This document shows, piece after piece, positions 17,942-28,337 of a stretch of 64,000 nt of DNA. The stretch spans positions 49,383-113,382 of the forward strand of contig JAURMI010000007.1 of assembly GCA_030830785.1 (NCBI GenBank), in the 5' to 3' direction. Source of the DNA: Crocinitomicaceae bacterium. Its GTDB lineage: Bacteria > Bacteroidota > Bacteroidia > Flavobacteriales_D > Crocinitomicaceae. Every line of letters starts with the position of its first letter. Position 1 is the first letter of the stretch. The position numbers and the translations under genes were made by a program. The notes below the pieces were generated by a model, which made no database searches, was not told the DNA's origin, and saw only the letters and a list, made by a program, of their open reading frames with translations.

Positions 17942-20356
17942 CTAAAGTTTGATTAATCGATGGGTGTGTTGGTATCCATCTTGAATACTACGCACTTGAT
18001 AAATACCGGCCTTAAGTTGGCTGATATCCATCAAATTGATTCCGCTTTCAATGTGCGTAAGTGTTTGAATAACCTTCCCATTTATGTCTAATAAAGCTAT
18101 ACTTTGAATATTTTCAAGGTTTTTGACATCAATGTATAATTTTTCATTTGCGGGATTTGGATATACGTTTATCACCTCAAGTGAATTTTCAGAGATACCG
18201 GCCCCTGAAGTGATGTTAATTGTATAGTCTTCTGTTTCACCATAAGATGCAGGGCCACATGGTGTTATGGCACCATCCGGTTGATATGATATTCTAACAC
18301 GCATATGTACATTTCCTGTGTAAGAAGCCAATGGAACAGTAACGTCAAACACATTATTCCACCCATTGGCTACTAATACATAGGCAACCTGCTCTCCGGG
18401 GTCATCAAAATCAAAGTCGTTATTGAAATCGATCCAGGCGGAAATTTCATCGTTAGTATAGGCTGCTGATTGCGTATTATTTACAATACCAGGGGTAATA
18501 GTTAATGAATAGGTGCTGCCTTGTGCCAAAGAAGTACTCATATTTGTAAAATCAGTATAGCCATTGTTGCCACAAGATGAGGTGTTATTGATGGTATTAA
18601 AATTCACCGTATTGATGTATTCATCACAAACACCGCTTGCCGTACAAGGACCTGTTAATTGTGCCACTGTAATGTAGTTGCTTTTAATTTCATCGTCTGA
18701 TCCTTGGGCATTGCTTGCCGTCAAAGTGACCGTATACTGACCAATATTATTAAAAGTGATTTGAGGATTTTGACTTGAGGCTGAGGTGCCTCCCGAATAG
18801 GACCATCCCGATGCAGGGCTAACAGACCATGCCCAAGATGTCGGAAGCCCTAAGGATAAATCTGTAAAATTCACTGTTGTTCCAGGAGTAATATTTGTTG
18901 CATTTGCCGTAAAATTAGCGGTTGGTGCCACAGGTGTTGTAGGTGTGCATGGGTCTGAGGATCCGCCAAAAACAAGAATATTCAAATTAGCTGGATCTAA
19001 CCAAGGTTTGAGTTGTTCTGCAGTTGTACTCCCATTATTGGTCCAATGAAAGGCCATTTTACCGTATTGATCTGGGGCACTCGGTGAAGTGCAATATGAG
19101 GCACCTCCCGTTAATGTACCAATGATATTGCCGCCCGAATTATCAAAAAGTGGCGAACCAGATGAACCACCTTCGGTAACGCCATGTCCGTTGGAATTTG
19201 GTGTCCAAGTTACGCGCCAATGTGAACCTGCAGCTGATCCCCATTGGGTTGAGATGGTGTTTCCGGAAAAAGTTGAAATCTTTTTAATATCACCTGCTGG
19301 ATGATGGATGCCTGCACCGCCAGTGGTTGGCGAAGGACTCGCATTCCAACCATTCCAATAAGCGTTAAAATTGGCAGATTTAAGGTTGGTTATGACCGTA
19401 TTTTCATTGGTATTGTTGCCCATCTTTACCAAGAGAAAATCTGAGCCGGAATTTCCTCCACCATCATTGGCATCGGCAATGCGCATGCAACCTGTGATAA
19501 AGTGACTAGCTAGCGTTCCAACTGAGGTTGGATTGGTACATGTAGGTGCTTCATAGCCAAAATAGAATTTCCATTGATTCATGTTTGCTGCTGAACTATT
19601 TACGCCACAATGCAAGGCCGTTAATAAATAAGGCTTACAATCTTGGGCAGTATTGTTGATCAAAGAACCAGTGCACCATCCCGCTTGGTTTCCTTCAACT
19701 ACATAAACTCTTGCAACACCTCGTTTTTGATTTTGCCAAGCGTCTCCAACAGGTGAGCAATTTACATTTACCTCACACGGATCGGATTCATTAATTTTTT
19801 CAGCACTTCCAAATCCAGTCGAGCGGTAGTTGTACATGATGCGATCGATAAAAATTTCTGAAGGCGTTGTGAAGGCAGGTTCAGTGAGCGTAAGCACATG
19901 CGTAGATCCAGCGCAAAGCGCTGCATTTTGCATTTGATGAGACTCAACATCCTTGCTTGTCAAAAGCGGATGAACCTCTTGTCCATATAAATTTTGAATG
20001 CGCAAAGTGCTACCTCCATAGAGTACAAAATGCTCAAATAGGTAGCTGATTGCTTCTGCTCCTGGAGCAGAAATAATCATTTGCCAAACGCGGCTTCCGT
20101 CAGGTTGGTTAATCCAGGCGCCTTCTTGATTTGGGTTGATGTTGGTTTGTACTGCAACCCCGATTCGATACAACATGCCTTGTTTGTCACGGTAGTCATC
20201 TTCAGAGCGGATAGCATTTAGTTCTGGCGCCTGTAAATGGCGCGTTGGGATAGCCTTACTTAGTTGAATCTTTGTGGTTTGTGAAAGATTATTTTGACCA
20301 CAAACTGAAAACTGAAGACTAAGCAATAGGAGCCCAAAACGTAAAAATTTGTACAT
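17942..20356 (-). CDS. T9SS-secreted trypsin-like (lysyl endopeptidase-like) serine protease with PKD, GEVED and type A CTD domains
   Basis: Signal peptide; TALHC, SDF and GSSGSP catalytic motifs; PKD (FTDLSLGLPTSWAW); GETED; CTD VYPNPA...KAGIYQV...LIKL. Confidence 0.88.
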   Translation of the reverse strand: MYKFLRFGLLLLSLQFSVCGQNNLSQTTKIQLSKAIPTRHLQAPELNAIRSEDDYRDKQGMLYRIGVAVQTNINPNQEGAWINQPDGSRVWQMIISAPGAEAISYLFEHFVLYGGSTLRIQNLYGQEVHPLLTSKDVESHQMQNAALCAGSTHVLTLTEPAFTTPSEIFIDRIMYNYRSTGFGSAEKINESDPCEVNVNCSPVGDAWQNQKRGVARVYVVEGNQAGWCTGSLINNTAQDCKPYLLTALHCGVNSSAANMNQWKFYFGYEAPTCTNPTSVGTLASHFITGCMRIADANDGGGNSGSDFLLVKMGNNTNENTVITNLKSANFNAYWNGWNASPSPTTGGAGIHHPAGDIKKISTFSGNTISTQWGSAAGSHWRVTWTPNSNGHGVTEGGSSGSPLFDNSGGNIIGTLTGGASYCTSPSAPDQYGKMAFHWTNNGSTTAEQLKPWLDPANLNILVFGGSSDPCTPTTPVAPTANFTANATNITPGTTVNFTDLSLGLPTSWAWSVSPASGWSYSGGTSASSQNPQITFNNIGQYTVTLTASNAQGSDDEIKSNYITVAQLTGPCTASGVCDEYINTVNFNTINNTSSCGNNGYTDFTNMSTSLAQGSTYSLTITPGIVNNTQSAAYTNDEISAWIDFNNDFDFDDPGEQVAYVLVANGWNNVFDVTVPLASYTGNVHMRVRISYQPDGAITPCGPASYGETEDYTINITSGAGISENSLEVINVYPNPANEKLYIDVKNLENIQSIALLDINGKVIQTLTHIESGINLMDISQLKAGIYQVRSIQDGYQHTHRLIKL

Positions 20357-20410
20357 ACTTGATGAGTTTATAGTAATTTCATCAAAAATATAATTTTTCG
20401 AGCAAAAAGT

Positions 20411-21097
20411 ATGTACCGAATTTGTTTAGTTGAAGATGAATTGAGTTTGCGAGATATGATTGCACTCAATCTTCAGTTAGAAGGTTATTCAATTTCAGTT
20501 TATGTGGATGGTGCTCAGGCAAAAGAAGTATTTCAAGGTCCAATTCATTACGATTTAATCATTTTGGACGTAATGTTACCTCATGTTTCTGGATTTGATT
20601 TATGCAAAACAATCCGCCTTCAAAGTAGTGTTCCTGTGTTGTTTTTATCGGCCAAAGGGACTACCGCTGATAGAGTAGCGGGTTTAAAATTAGGCGCTAA
20701 TGATTATTTGGTTAAACCATTTGATCTGGAAGAACTTTTACTCAAGGTAAAGATATTATTAAAAGGAGCCAACCAGCCAGATTCAGGACTTGCCAACCGA
20801 ATTGGCACCAAAATAATTGACTTCACAACTTTTGAGGTAAGAACAATGGATAATCACCTATTGCACACTTTTACTAAACGAGAAGCCCAATTATTAGAGC
20901 TATTCATAGAAAAGGAAGGGAAAGTCATTTCACGCAATGAAATTCTAGATAGGTTGTGGGGTTCAGAGCAAATTCCAACTTCTCGCACCATAGATAATTA
21001 TATTTTGAATTTTCGAAAATTGTTTGAAACGGATGCAAAAAATCCAAAGTTGTTTCAATCTATACGTGGTGTTGGATATAAGTTTGTGAGAGATTAA
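20411..21097 (+). CDS. OmpR/PhoB family response regulator
   Basis: VED, LDVMLP, KPF receiver motifs; RTIDNYI...IRGVGY winged helix. Confidence 0.93.
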   Translation: MYRICLVEDELSLRDMIALNLQLEGYSISVYVDGAQAKEVFQGPIHYDLIILDVMLPHVSGFDLCKTIRLQSSVPVLFLSAKGTTADRVAGLKLGANDYLVKPFDLEELLLKVKILLKGANQPDSGLANRIGTKIIDFTTFEVRTMDNHLLHTFTKREAQLLELFIEKEGKVISRNEILDRLWGSEQIPTSRTIDNYILNFRKLFETDAKNPKLFQSIRGVGYKFVRD

Positions 21098-21102
21098 TTT
21101 GC

Positions 21103-22383
21103 TTATTGTTGCAATACAGCTTGTTTTTTCTCTTTGAAGAAAAGCATGAAAAGAACGGCAACCACCAAACAATAAGCAGCAAAACAAAGCCATGCGCCAT
21201 GCCAATCAGTTTCTCCTGATTTTAGAACATAATAATGGTCTATGACATAACTACTTGTTTTCGTGCCTATATAGGCGCCAATTCCATTAGTCATCATAAT
21301 AAACAAGCCCTGTGCGCTTGAACGAATATTGCTTTCGGTATTGGCCTCTACAAACATGGAGCCAGAAATCAGGAAAAAATCAAAGGCCATTCCATAAACC
21401 ACACAACTTAAGACGATGAGTAAGATGCCTATTTGTGAGTCACCAAAGGCAAAAAATCCATAACGCAATACCCAAGCCAGTAAGGCAAAGAGCATTACAT
21501 TTTTAATCCCAAATCTTTTTAAGAAAAATGGGATAGTTAAAATAAAAATCGTTTCAGAAACTTGAGAAATAGAATAAATAATGGTTGAATATTTTTCTAC
21601 AAGAGTGCCTTCAGGAAAACTGCTCAAGTAGGCATCCCCATACATATTAGACAATTGAAGAGCAGCTCCTAAAAGAATAGAAAAAATAAAAAATAGTGCC
21701 ATTCGGTATTGGGCAAAAAGTTTAAAAGCATTTAATCCTAGTTGCTGACTTAAAGATTGTTTTTGGGATGTTTTTCCCTGTGGTGTACATGCTGGTAAAG
21801 AAAAGGCATATAGGCCTAAAAAAATAGCACCAAGACCAGCTATGTAAAATTGATTAACATTGGCTTTGCTTCCGCTCAAATTTGTAAGCCACATTGCAGC
21901 AATGAACCCTATGGTACCCCATACCCTGATTTTTGGAAAATCGTTTTGAACATCGAGGTTATTCATTTTCAAAATACGGAAGCTAACGGCATTTGAAAGT
22001 GAAATAGTAGGCATATAGGCCAACATTCCACCAAAGATTATCCAGTACAACAGATCGTATTCTTCCATTGATTGAAGAGATGGAAAATACTCGTATAGTT
22101 TACTTATATTAGGTATAAGCAGAATAAAAGCTGCATATGTTAAATGCAAAATTCCATATAACCTCTCTGCTCGGATCCATTTGTCTGCCACAATGCCAAT
22201 TATTGATGGCATGATGATTGACGAGAGCGCTAAGGTGGAAAAAATAGCGCCAAATTGAGGGAAAGTCCATCCTTTACCTTCTGTACAATAAGTGCCAATA
22301 GTAGTGAGCCATGCACCCCAAACAAAAAATTGAAAAAAACTAAGTAGGGTAAGTCTAGTTTTAATTGCGGCGGTTAAGTTCAT
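21103..22383 (-). CDS. Nucleoside:H+ symporter (NupG/XapB-like MFS)
   Basis: FQFFVWGAW, GIVADKW, FPKIRVWGTIG, SQVSE, RSSAQGL; probable start ATG 22383. Confidence 0.88.
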   Translation of the reverse strand: MNLTAAIKTRLTLLSFFQFFVWGAWLTTIGTYCTEGKGWTFPQFGAIFSTLALSSIIMPSIIGIVADKWIRAERLYGILHLTYAAFILLIPNISKLYEYFPSLQSMEEYDLLYWIIFGGMLAYMPTISLSNAVSFRILKMNNLDVQNDFPKIRVWGTIGFIAAMWLTNLSGSKANVNQFYIAGLGAIFLGLYAFSLPACTPQGKTSQKQSLSQQLGLNAFKLFAQYRMALFFIFSILLGAALQLSNMYGDAYLSSFPEGTLVEKYSTIIYSISQVSETIFILTIPFFLKRFGIKNVMLFALLAWVLRYGFFAFGDSQIGILLIVLSCVVYGMAFDFFLISGSMFVEANTESNIRSSAQGLFIMMTNGIGAYIGTKTSSYVIDHYYVLKSGETDWHGAWLCFAAYCLVVAVLFMLFFKEKKQAVLQQ

Positions 22384-22954
22384 CCCGAATTTTTGATGCG
22401 AGTTCGTAATCTTCATTTTCGAGGGCTTCATCTAATTTTTTAACTAGATCTTCATTACGAGCCGATTTCCACTCATTTGAAGTATGCTCCTCTTGTTCAA
22501 AGATATCATTTTCGTTGTCAAAAGATTCAAAATTTTCAATTTGATCTAGAGTAATACCACTTACTTCATCTAGGATGCTGTTCAGGGTATAGATTTCAGC
22601 ATTAAATCTTACTCCAATTGCTATAGCATCTGAGGTCCGAGAGTCCAATTCAGTATAAACGCCATTTTGTTCACAAATAAGTTTTGCAAAAAAGACACCT
22701 TCTTTAAACTTGTAAATTAAAACTTCATTAATATGAACGCCATAAGCAAGTCCAAAGGCCTTAAATAAATCATGCGTTAAGGGTCGAGATGGAATCATTT
22801 TTTCGAGTTCCACAGCAATGGCTTGTGCCTCGAAATTCCCAATAACAATGGGCAATTTACGCAATCCTCCCTGCTCTTGTAAGGTCAAGACATAGGAGCC
22901 AGTTTGCGTCCGGCTATAGGCTATTCCAGTTATGTCAAGGCGTACTTTTTGCAT
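22361..22954 (-). CDS. Bifunctional nuclease (DUF151/DNase-RNase) with C-terminal UVR motif
   Basis: LPIVIG.FEAQAI, RPLTHDL, DSRTSDAIA, EDYELASKIRDE. Confidence 0.9.
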   Translation of the reverse strand: MQKVRLDITGIAYSRTQTGSYVLTLQEQGGLRKLPIVIGNFEAQAIAVELEKMIPSRPLTHDLFKAFGLAYGVHINEVLIYKFKEGVFFAKLICEQNGVYTELDSRTSDAIAIGVRFNAEIYTLNSILDEVSGITLDQIENFESFDNENDIFEQEEHTSNEWKSARNEDLVKKLDEALENEDYELASKIRDELNRRN

Positions 22955-22985
22955 ACGATTGACTTAGTTTTACGTTAATTTGATA

Positions 22986-23927
22986 TTAATGTTGCGCTTC
23001 TTTGAAGCGTTTAATGGCTTCAGTAAAGCGAGGTATGACTTCAAATGCATCACCAATTATCCCATAATTGGCACTCTTGAAAAACGGTGCTTCTGCATCT
23101 GTATTAATTACAACAATTACTTTTGATCCATTCACACCTGCGAGATGTTGAATAGCACCAGAAATTCCAGCAGCTATATACAAATTAGGACGAATAGCAA
23201 TTCCCGTTTGACCGACATGTTCATGATGTGGCCTCCAACCTATATCAGCTACAGGACGAGAACATGCAGTGGCAGCGCCAAGTGCAGCAGCAAGATCTTC
23301 TATCATCCCCCAATTTTCAGGGCCTTTTAATCCTCGGCCTGCTGAAACTACCAGTTCTGCCTCGGGTAGCGCAATAGTACCTTCTGCTTTTTTGGTTGCC
23401 TTTACAACAATTTGACTTGTTCCTGCTTGGCTATCAAATGCTTCAACGGGGCAATTTTGCCCTGTTTGCTCGGGTTGAATGCTATTTGGAAGTAGAGAAA
23501 TAATCCGCTGGCTTGTATTGACACGCACATAGCCAAATGCTTTACCAGAAAACACATTTACCTTAATAGTGCCGTCATTTTCAGGCAAACTAACTGCACC
23601 TGCCACAAGACCGGCTTTTAGCCGAACACTTAAACGAGGTGCAACGGCCTTTCCTACAAGATCATGTGAAAAAACAATAGTGCTTGCTCCTGTTTTTTGG
23701 GCTGCTGCCCAGACCAACTTTACCAATTGGCCAGGGTCTTGGCCATCAATACGCGCATCTATTAATACCTTATTGGCACCATAAATACCAAGCGTTGAAA
23801 GAAGATCATTTGAAGCTGCGCCATTTGTAATCACACAAACATCAGATCCAAGTTTTTTTGCATAGGTAACTGCTTCCAACGCTGTCTTGGATAAACCATT
23901 TATTGAATTGATATAAACTAGATTCAT
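22986..23927 (-). CDS. etfA: Electron transfer flavoprotein subunit alpha
   Basis: VSAGRG, VGQTG, GISGAIQHLAG, INTD. Confidence 0.95.
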   Translation of the reverse strand: MNLVYINSINGLSKTALEAVTYAKKLGSDVCVITNGAASNDLLSTLGIYGANKVLIDARIDGQDPGQLVKLVWAAAQKTGASTIVFSHDLVGKAVAPRLSVRLKAGLVAGAVSLPENDGTIKVNVFSGKAFGYVRVNTSQRIISLLPNSIQPEQTGQNCPVEAFDSQAGTSQIVVKATKKAEGTIALPEAELVVSAGRGLKGPENWGMIEDLAAALGAATACSRPVADIGWRPHHEHVGQTGIAIRPNLYIAAGISGAIQHLAGVNGSKVIVVINTDAEAPFFKSANYGIIGDAFEVIPRFTEAIKRFKEAQH

Positions 23928-23937
23928 GTTTTTAAGC

Positions 23938-24678
23938 TTAAATTACCTTGGCTTCGTTGTGTAGAAGTGATACGAGTTCGTCAAGATTGTTAGGGTCAAT
24001 TAATTTAACACTGGACTTTGCTGCTGGCAAGCTATATCGAGTAAAGGATGTCAGTGAATCAATAGGAGCTGCATCAACAATCGTGAGCGGCTTTGAGCGA
24101 GCAGCCATAATTCCACGCATATTTGGAATTCGTTGTTCAGCCATTCCTTTGGCACAACTTACAACTGCAGGGCCTTGGACTTCTACTTCTTGAACCCCTC
24201 CAACAATTTCTCTTTGACAAAATATGGTGCTGCCAGTAATTTCTAATTTTGTGGCTAAAGAAATAAAAGGGAAATCCAGATGTTCTGCTAACATTCCGCC
24301 AACTTGTGACCCATTAAAATCAATGGTTTCTTTTCCAGTTAGTATGAGGTCATAATTTTTTGTTTTGGCGTATTCTGCTATTTGCATAGCGGTAAAAAAT
24401 GCATCTGTTGCATCTGCATCGATGCGAACGGCTTCATCAGCACCAATTGCCAATGCTTTTCGCATGATGGACTCGTCTGCTGTTGTTCCGACAGTTATAA
24501 TTGTAACTTGACCACCTTGAGCTTCTTTAATTTCTAATGCACGAACAAGTGCATACCATTCGTCATAGGGGTTAACAATGTATTGTACTCCATTTTCATC
24601 AAATGCTGTATTGTCATTAGAAAAGGCAATTTTTGAGGTGGTGTCGGGTGCCTTGGCGATGCAGACCAGAATGTTCAT
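23938..24678 (-). CDS. etfB: Electron transfer flavoprotein subunit beta
   Basis: NPYDEWYA, ALAIGAD, RIPNMRGIM. Confidence 0.95.
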   Translation of the reverse strand: MNILVCIAKAPDTTSKIAFSNDNTAFDENGVQYIVNPYDEWYALVRALEIKEAQGGQVTIITVGTTADESIMRKALAIGADEAVRIDADATDAFFTAMQIAEYAKTKNYDLILTGKETIDFNGSQVGGMLAEHLDFPFISLATKLEITGSTIFCQREIVGGVQEVEVQGPAVVSCAKGMAEQRIPNMRGIMAARSKPLTIVDAAPIDSLTSFTRYSLPAAKSSVKLIDPNNLDELVSLLHNEAKVI

Positions 24679-24688
24679 GTAAGATATT

Positions 24689-25603
24689 TTATTGCGATGC
24701 TAAGTTAAGTAAAATTGCAAAAAGCAGGGCTGAAAAAAAAGTAAAGAGGGCCACTTTTTTAAGTTCTTTATCGAGGTTTGCCGGGCTTTGTTCTTGAATT
24801 GTACGCTGAAGATGTAGCACAAAGCCAATGGAGGGAATTAGAGCCAGAAATAAAAAATAATTAGAATGCACTGTGGCCAATAAGTAAACACAAAAAAACC
24901 ACGTTGCTAAGCCTGAACATACAAGAATAACATGATAGATCTTTCCTTTTTCAAAACCCAAATTAACAGCAATTGTCCGCTTATTCATTATTCGATCGTT
25001 TTCGATGTCCCTAAGGTTATTAAGATTAAGAACTGCCGTGCTCCAAGCCCCAATGCTAATTGCAGGAAAAATGGTGAGCCATTGAAATCCCTTGCCATAG
25101 AGCATAAATACACCAACCACGCTTACGAACCCAAAAAATAAAAATACCATAAAATCACCCAATGCGCGATATCCGTATGCATTTTTTCCAACTGTATAGC
25201 TAATAGCTGCAATGATGCAAGCGATGGCTAAAACGATGTACGCATAAATTTCTTTTGTAGAAAGATTCTCAACACTTTTATAGATCAACAGCAAAGCACT
25301 TGAAAATGAAACCAAGCTCATAATAATAATTGCTAATCTCATTTGTTTTTGAGACAGAAGACCACTTTGAATTGCCCGTGCAGGCCCTACTCTTTGTGCG
25401 TTGTCTGTTCCTTTCTGACTATCTCCTAAGTCATTGGCAAAATTAGATAGCACTTGAAAACCAATTGTTGTGAGCAGCGCTAAACTTAAAATTTGAGCAT
25501 CAAAAGCACCAAGATGGGCCGCCATCCCAGAGCCAACGATAATACCTGAAATTGATAAAGGCAATGTTCTTAAACGCGCCGCATTGAGCCATGCTTTAAT
25601 CAT
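24689..25603 (-). CDS. menA: 1,4-dihydroxy-2-naphthoate polyprenyltransferase
   Basis: RLRTLPL, NFANDLGD..KGTD, NNLRDIEND. Confidence 0.93.
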   Translation of the reverse strand: MIKAWLNAARLRTLPLSISGIIVGSGMAAHLGAFDAQILSLALLTTIGFQVLSNFANDLGDSQKGTDNAQRVGPARAIQSGLLSQKQMRLAIIIMSLVSFSSALLLIYKSVENLSTKEIYAYIVLAIACIIAAISYTVGKNAYGYRALGDFMVFLFFGFVSVVGVFMLYGKGFQWLTIFPAISIGAWSTAVLNLNNLRDIENDRIMNKRTIAVNLGFEKGKIYHVILVCSGLATWFFCVYLLATVHSNYFLFLALIPSIGFVLHLQRTIQEQSPANLDKELKKVALFTFFSALLFAILLNLASQ

Positions 25604-26100
25604 TTTTTATAGATTGGGACGGTGCTACAGGGCTCGCCATACATAATACTTTTAGCAAATGGTTGCAAGAAGCGAACTAAATAAGACATGGCAAAAGCCG
25701 GGTCTGAAATTTCAGCGCAACCTTTTATTATTATTCGTTGCCCTTGAATTTTTTCAATATTTATAGCGCATATTTCTTCTGAAATCAAAGCATTGGCAAG
25801 GTCTTGTTTAGAACCAACTTGGCTGTAGATATTTTCTTTTTGAAGCGCCGAGCTTACCAGCATAAATGCCCATGTGGGAATAATGGCATCGGTACTACAA
25901 TAAATATAGACTGCCTGCCTTTGATATTGCTTCCAATTGTGTTGTTTAATCCAATTTCTAAAATCTTTTTCTTTTAGCACGAGTCCTTGCCAAAGATGTT
26001 CCGCAAGGTCGATACCGACCAATTTGAGTTTTGGTTTGTAATGGGCTAAGTCAAGTTGTATCAAGCCGCTCTCCTTAACTTTATTTCGAATGGTTTCCAC
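25600..26100 (-). CDS. DUF2480 family protein
   Basis: LVLKEKDFR, DAIIPTWA, IIKGC, SIMYGEPCSTVP. Confidence 0.8.
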   Translation of the reverse strand: METIRNKVKESGLIQLDLAHYKPKLKLVGIDLAEHLWQGLVLKEKDFRNWIKQHNWKQYQRQAVYIYCSTDAIIPTWAFMLVSSALQKENIYSQVGSKQDLANALISEEICAINIEKIQGQRIIIKGCAEISDPAFAMSYLVRFLQPFAKSIMYGEPCSTVPIYKK

Positions 26101-26109
26101 GCTTTAAAG

Positions 26110-26931
26110 TTACTCCTTCTTTTTATAATCGTAAACAACAAATTTAGCCTCATGTTCATTGGATTGCCCATCTTCATTTTGACCATTATTTTCATCATTT
26201 TCATGGGCTCGAGTTTCGGCGTCAATGGCTCTTTTTAAGTCACCTTCAAAATCAGGCGGTTCTATTCCCAATTCTTTTTCTATTTCAAATTGATATTTTG
26301 GTCTTTGAGGACCTTGCTTTCTGTAAAGAAATGCAAGTAAAACACCCACAACAAGACCTGAGAGGTGCCCTTGCCATGAAACTCTCGGTTGTGTTGGGAA
26401 AATTCCCCAAATCATGGATCCATATAAAAAGACGACAAACAAGGAAAGTGCTTGTAAAGGTAAGTACCTGCGCAACACACCAGAGGTGAAAAGAAAGCCT
26501 GCTAAGGCGTAAATAACACCACTCATTCCAATGTGTATGGCGCCATTGCTACCGCCAATGAACCAAAGAAAGATGCCTGTGAACAGCCAAGAAAGAATAA
26601 ATATACGCCATGCTATGCCCTTGTAAGATTCAAACAAAAGGGTGAGTAATAGAAAAGTTGGCAGGCTATTATTGAGAATATGTTTGATATCATTATGTGC
26701 ATGAATCAATGGCATAAATACAATGCCTCGCAAACCTTTAAGGTGTTGGGCTTGAATGCCGTATTGCTGAAAATCTGTTGTAAAAAGAAAATCTGCCCAA
26801 TAGGCAAGCCACATCAGTACAATCACCATCAATGCTGGAAATGCTGCTTGACGCAGTTCTTTGTTAGGGTAGCTGGCGTAATTCATCTTAATTTTTTGAC
26901 AAGTTCTGTGCCACAGAAAATTTTCTGACAT
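26110..26931 (-). CDS. Rhomboid family intramembrane serine protease
   Basis: HILNN, GMSG catalytic Ser, WQGHLSG catalytic His; true start may be ATG 26886. Confidence 0.88.
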   Translation of the reverse strand: MSENFLWHRTCQKIKMNYASYPNKELRQAAFPALMVIVLMWLAYWADFLFTTDFQQYGIQAQHLKGLRGIVFMPLIHAHNDIKHILNNSLPTFLLLTLLFESYKGIAWRIFILSWLFTGIFLWFIGGSNGAIHIGMSGVIYALAGFLFTSGVLRRYLPLQALSLFVVFLYGSMIWGIFPTQPRVSWQGHLSGLVVGVLLAFLYRKQGPQRPKYQFEIEKELGIEPPDFEGDLKRAIDAETRAHENDENNGQNEDGQSNEHEAKFVVYDYKKKE

Positions 26932-26942
26932 AGTGGCATCAT

Positions 26943-27422
26943 TTATTTCTCCACTCTGAAACTTGCCAAAGTATTTGCCATGCCTTTTGAAATAAATGCA
27001 CTGTTCTCAAAATTAAATTCAAGACTTAGGAATCCACAAGTTTTAAGCCATGTGGCTTGATTGCTTAAATAAAATCCTAATTCGCTTAATCCTTCGTTAT
27101 GACCAACAACTAATATATCGCCTTCATGATCAATCTTACAAATCTCTTTGAGGATTTCTAGTTTGGATGCCAAGTAGAGTTCATCTCTAAATTGAACGAT
27201 GGCCTTTGGCCACAATTCTTTTAAATGAATTAGGGTTTGCTCAGTACGTTTTGCACTTGAGCAAAGAATATAAGTAGGGTTGATGGGTTGTTGCAATAAA
27301 AAAGATTTCAATAATTCTATTTGTTCATAGCCTCGAGATAAAAGTTCGCGATCAAAATCATTTCCTGTTGATGAAATTGGATTGGTCTTTGCATGGCGTA
27401 AAAGATGGAGTTTCATAGGCAA
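26943..27422 (-). CDS. SixA-like phosphohistidine phosphatase
   Basis: LRHAK, DFDREL, SSAKRT, VGHN. Confidence 0.88.
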   Translation of the reverse strand: MPMKLHLLRHAKTNPISSTGNDFDRELLSRGYEQIELLKSFLLQQPINPTYILCSSAKRTEQTLIHLKELWPKAIVQFRDELYLASKLEILKEICKIDHEGDILVVGHNEGLSELGFYLSNQATWLKTCGFLSLEFNFENSAFISKGMANTLASFRVEK

Positions 27423-27428
27423 TATAAA

Positions 27429-28337
27429 TCATTTTATTTTTGCTTTGAATTTACTGCTGAGCCTGTGCGAATATAGATTGGCACCCTCGCAAGTCATGTG
27501 GTGAGAGTCATAGAACCAATCTGGGTTATTGAATTCATCATTACTAATGATTGAATATTCCTTAAAATTCTCTTGTAAGATATATTTATGTTCAAGACTA
27601 GGAGAAATATTTAAAATCAGTTTGGCTCCATTTGTCTTGCACAATGCATCAATTTCACTCAGAGAAGCAAATCTATTTAGCGCTTTATTTGTTTGTTTTT
27701 TATTCCATTGGCTAATTGAAGGTTGATTGGAACAGACGAAGCCTTTTTTGAGGTAAGTGCCATTTTTGGGGTCCAAAATTATGTGAGGTTTTGAGGCAAC
27801 AAGTTGTTTGATAAAAAAGTAAAAATAGCGTAGCCAAAGTTTGCCTTGTGGATAACTGCAAACCAATTTAGTTTTATTCCACCAATCAAGCGTAGAATTA
27901 TAAATGAGGTCATGTGCGGATTCTAGACCATCGAGCTGTGTAACAGGCTCATAGATATCGAGTAAAATATAATCAAATTTATCTTTGCTAAAAGCATGTT
28001 TTAAAAGCTGTAAACTAATAATTGGTGGTTGTCCACTACTTGCGTAGTTAAACCAATTGAGATCTGTGGTTTGATCTAAAATATGAGGGTTTATATTGCG
28101 ATAGGCCGTTGAGGATCCGATGATAAGTCCTCGGGGTTTCGAGGATTTTTGATTTACCCATATTTCAAATTCCGAAATCCGCTCCCAACTGCTTCCCCAA
28201 TGAGTTTGATGGCCAAGCGTTTTTTGTTCAATTTTTAGCGTCCAGTTGGTCGAAAGTGCGATTAGTGTTAAACCCACTATAATGCTAATAAAAAAGAAAA
28301 AGCCGAGTTGGAATAATCTGAATAAAAACTTGCGCAT
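27429..28337 (-). CDS. Membrane-anchored SGNH-like protein, probable partner of the MBOAT O-acyltransferase
   Basis: N-terminal TM, GSS motif, C-terminal FYDSHH (DxxH); ATG 28337 overlaps the MBOAT stop (TGATG). Confidence 0.65.
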   Translation of the reverse strand: MRKFLFRLFQLGFFFFISIIVGLTLIALSTNWTLKIEQKTLGHQTHWGSSWERISEFEIWVNQKSSKPRGLIIGSSTAYRNINPHILDQTTDLNWFNYASSGQPPIISLQLLKHAFSKDKFDYILLDIYEPVTQLDGLESAHDLIYNSTLDWWNKTKLVCSYPQGKLWLRYFYFFIKQLVASKPHIILDPKNGTYLKKGFVCSNQPSISQWNKKQTNKALNRFASLSEIDALCKTNGAKLILNISPSLEHKYILQENFKEYSIISNDEFNNPDWFYDSHHMTCEGANLYSHRLSSKFKAKIK

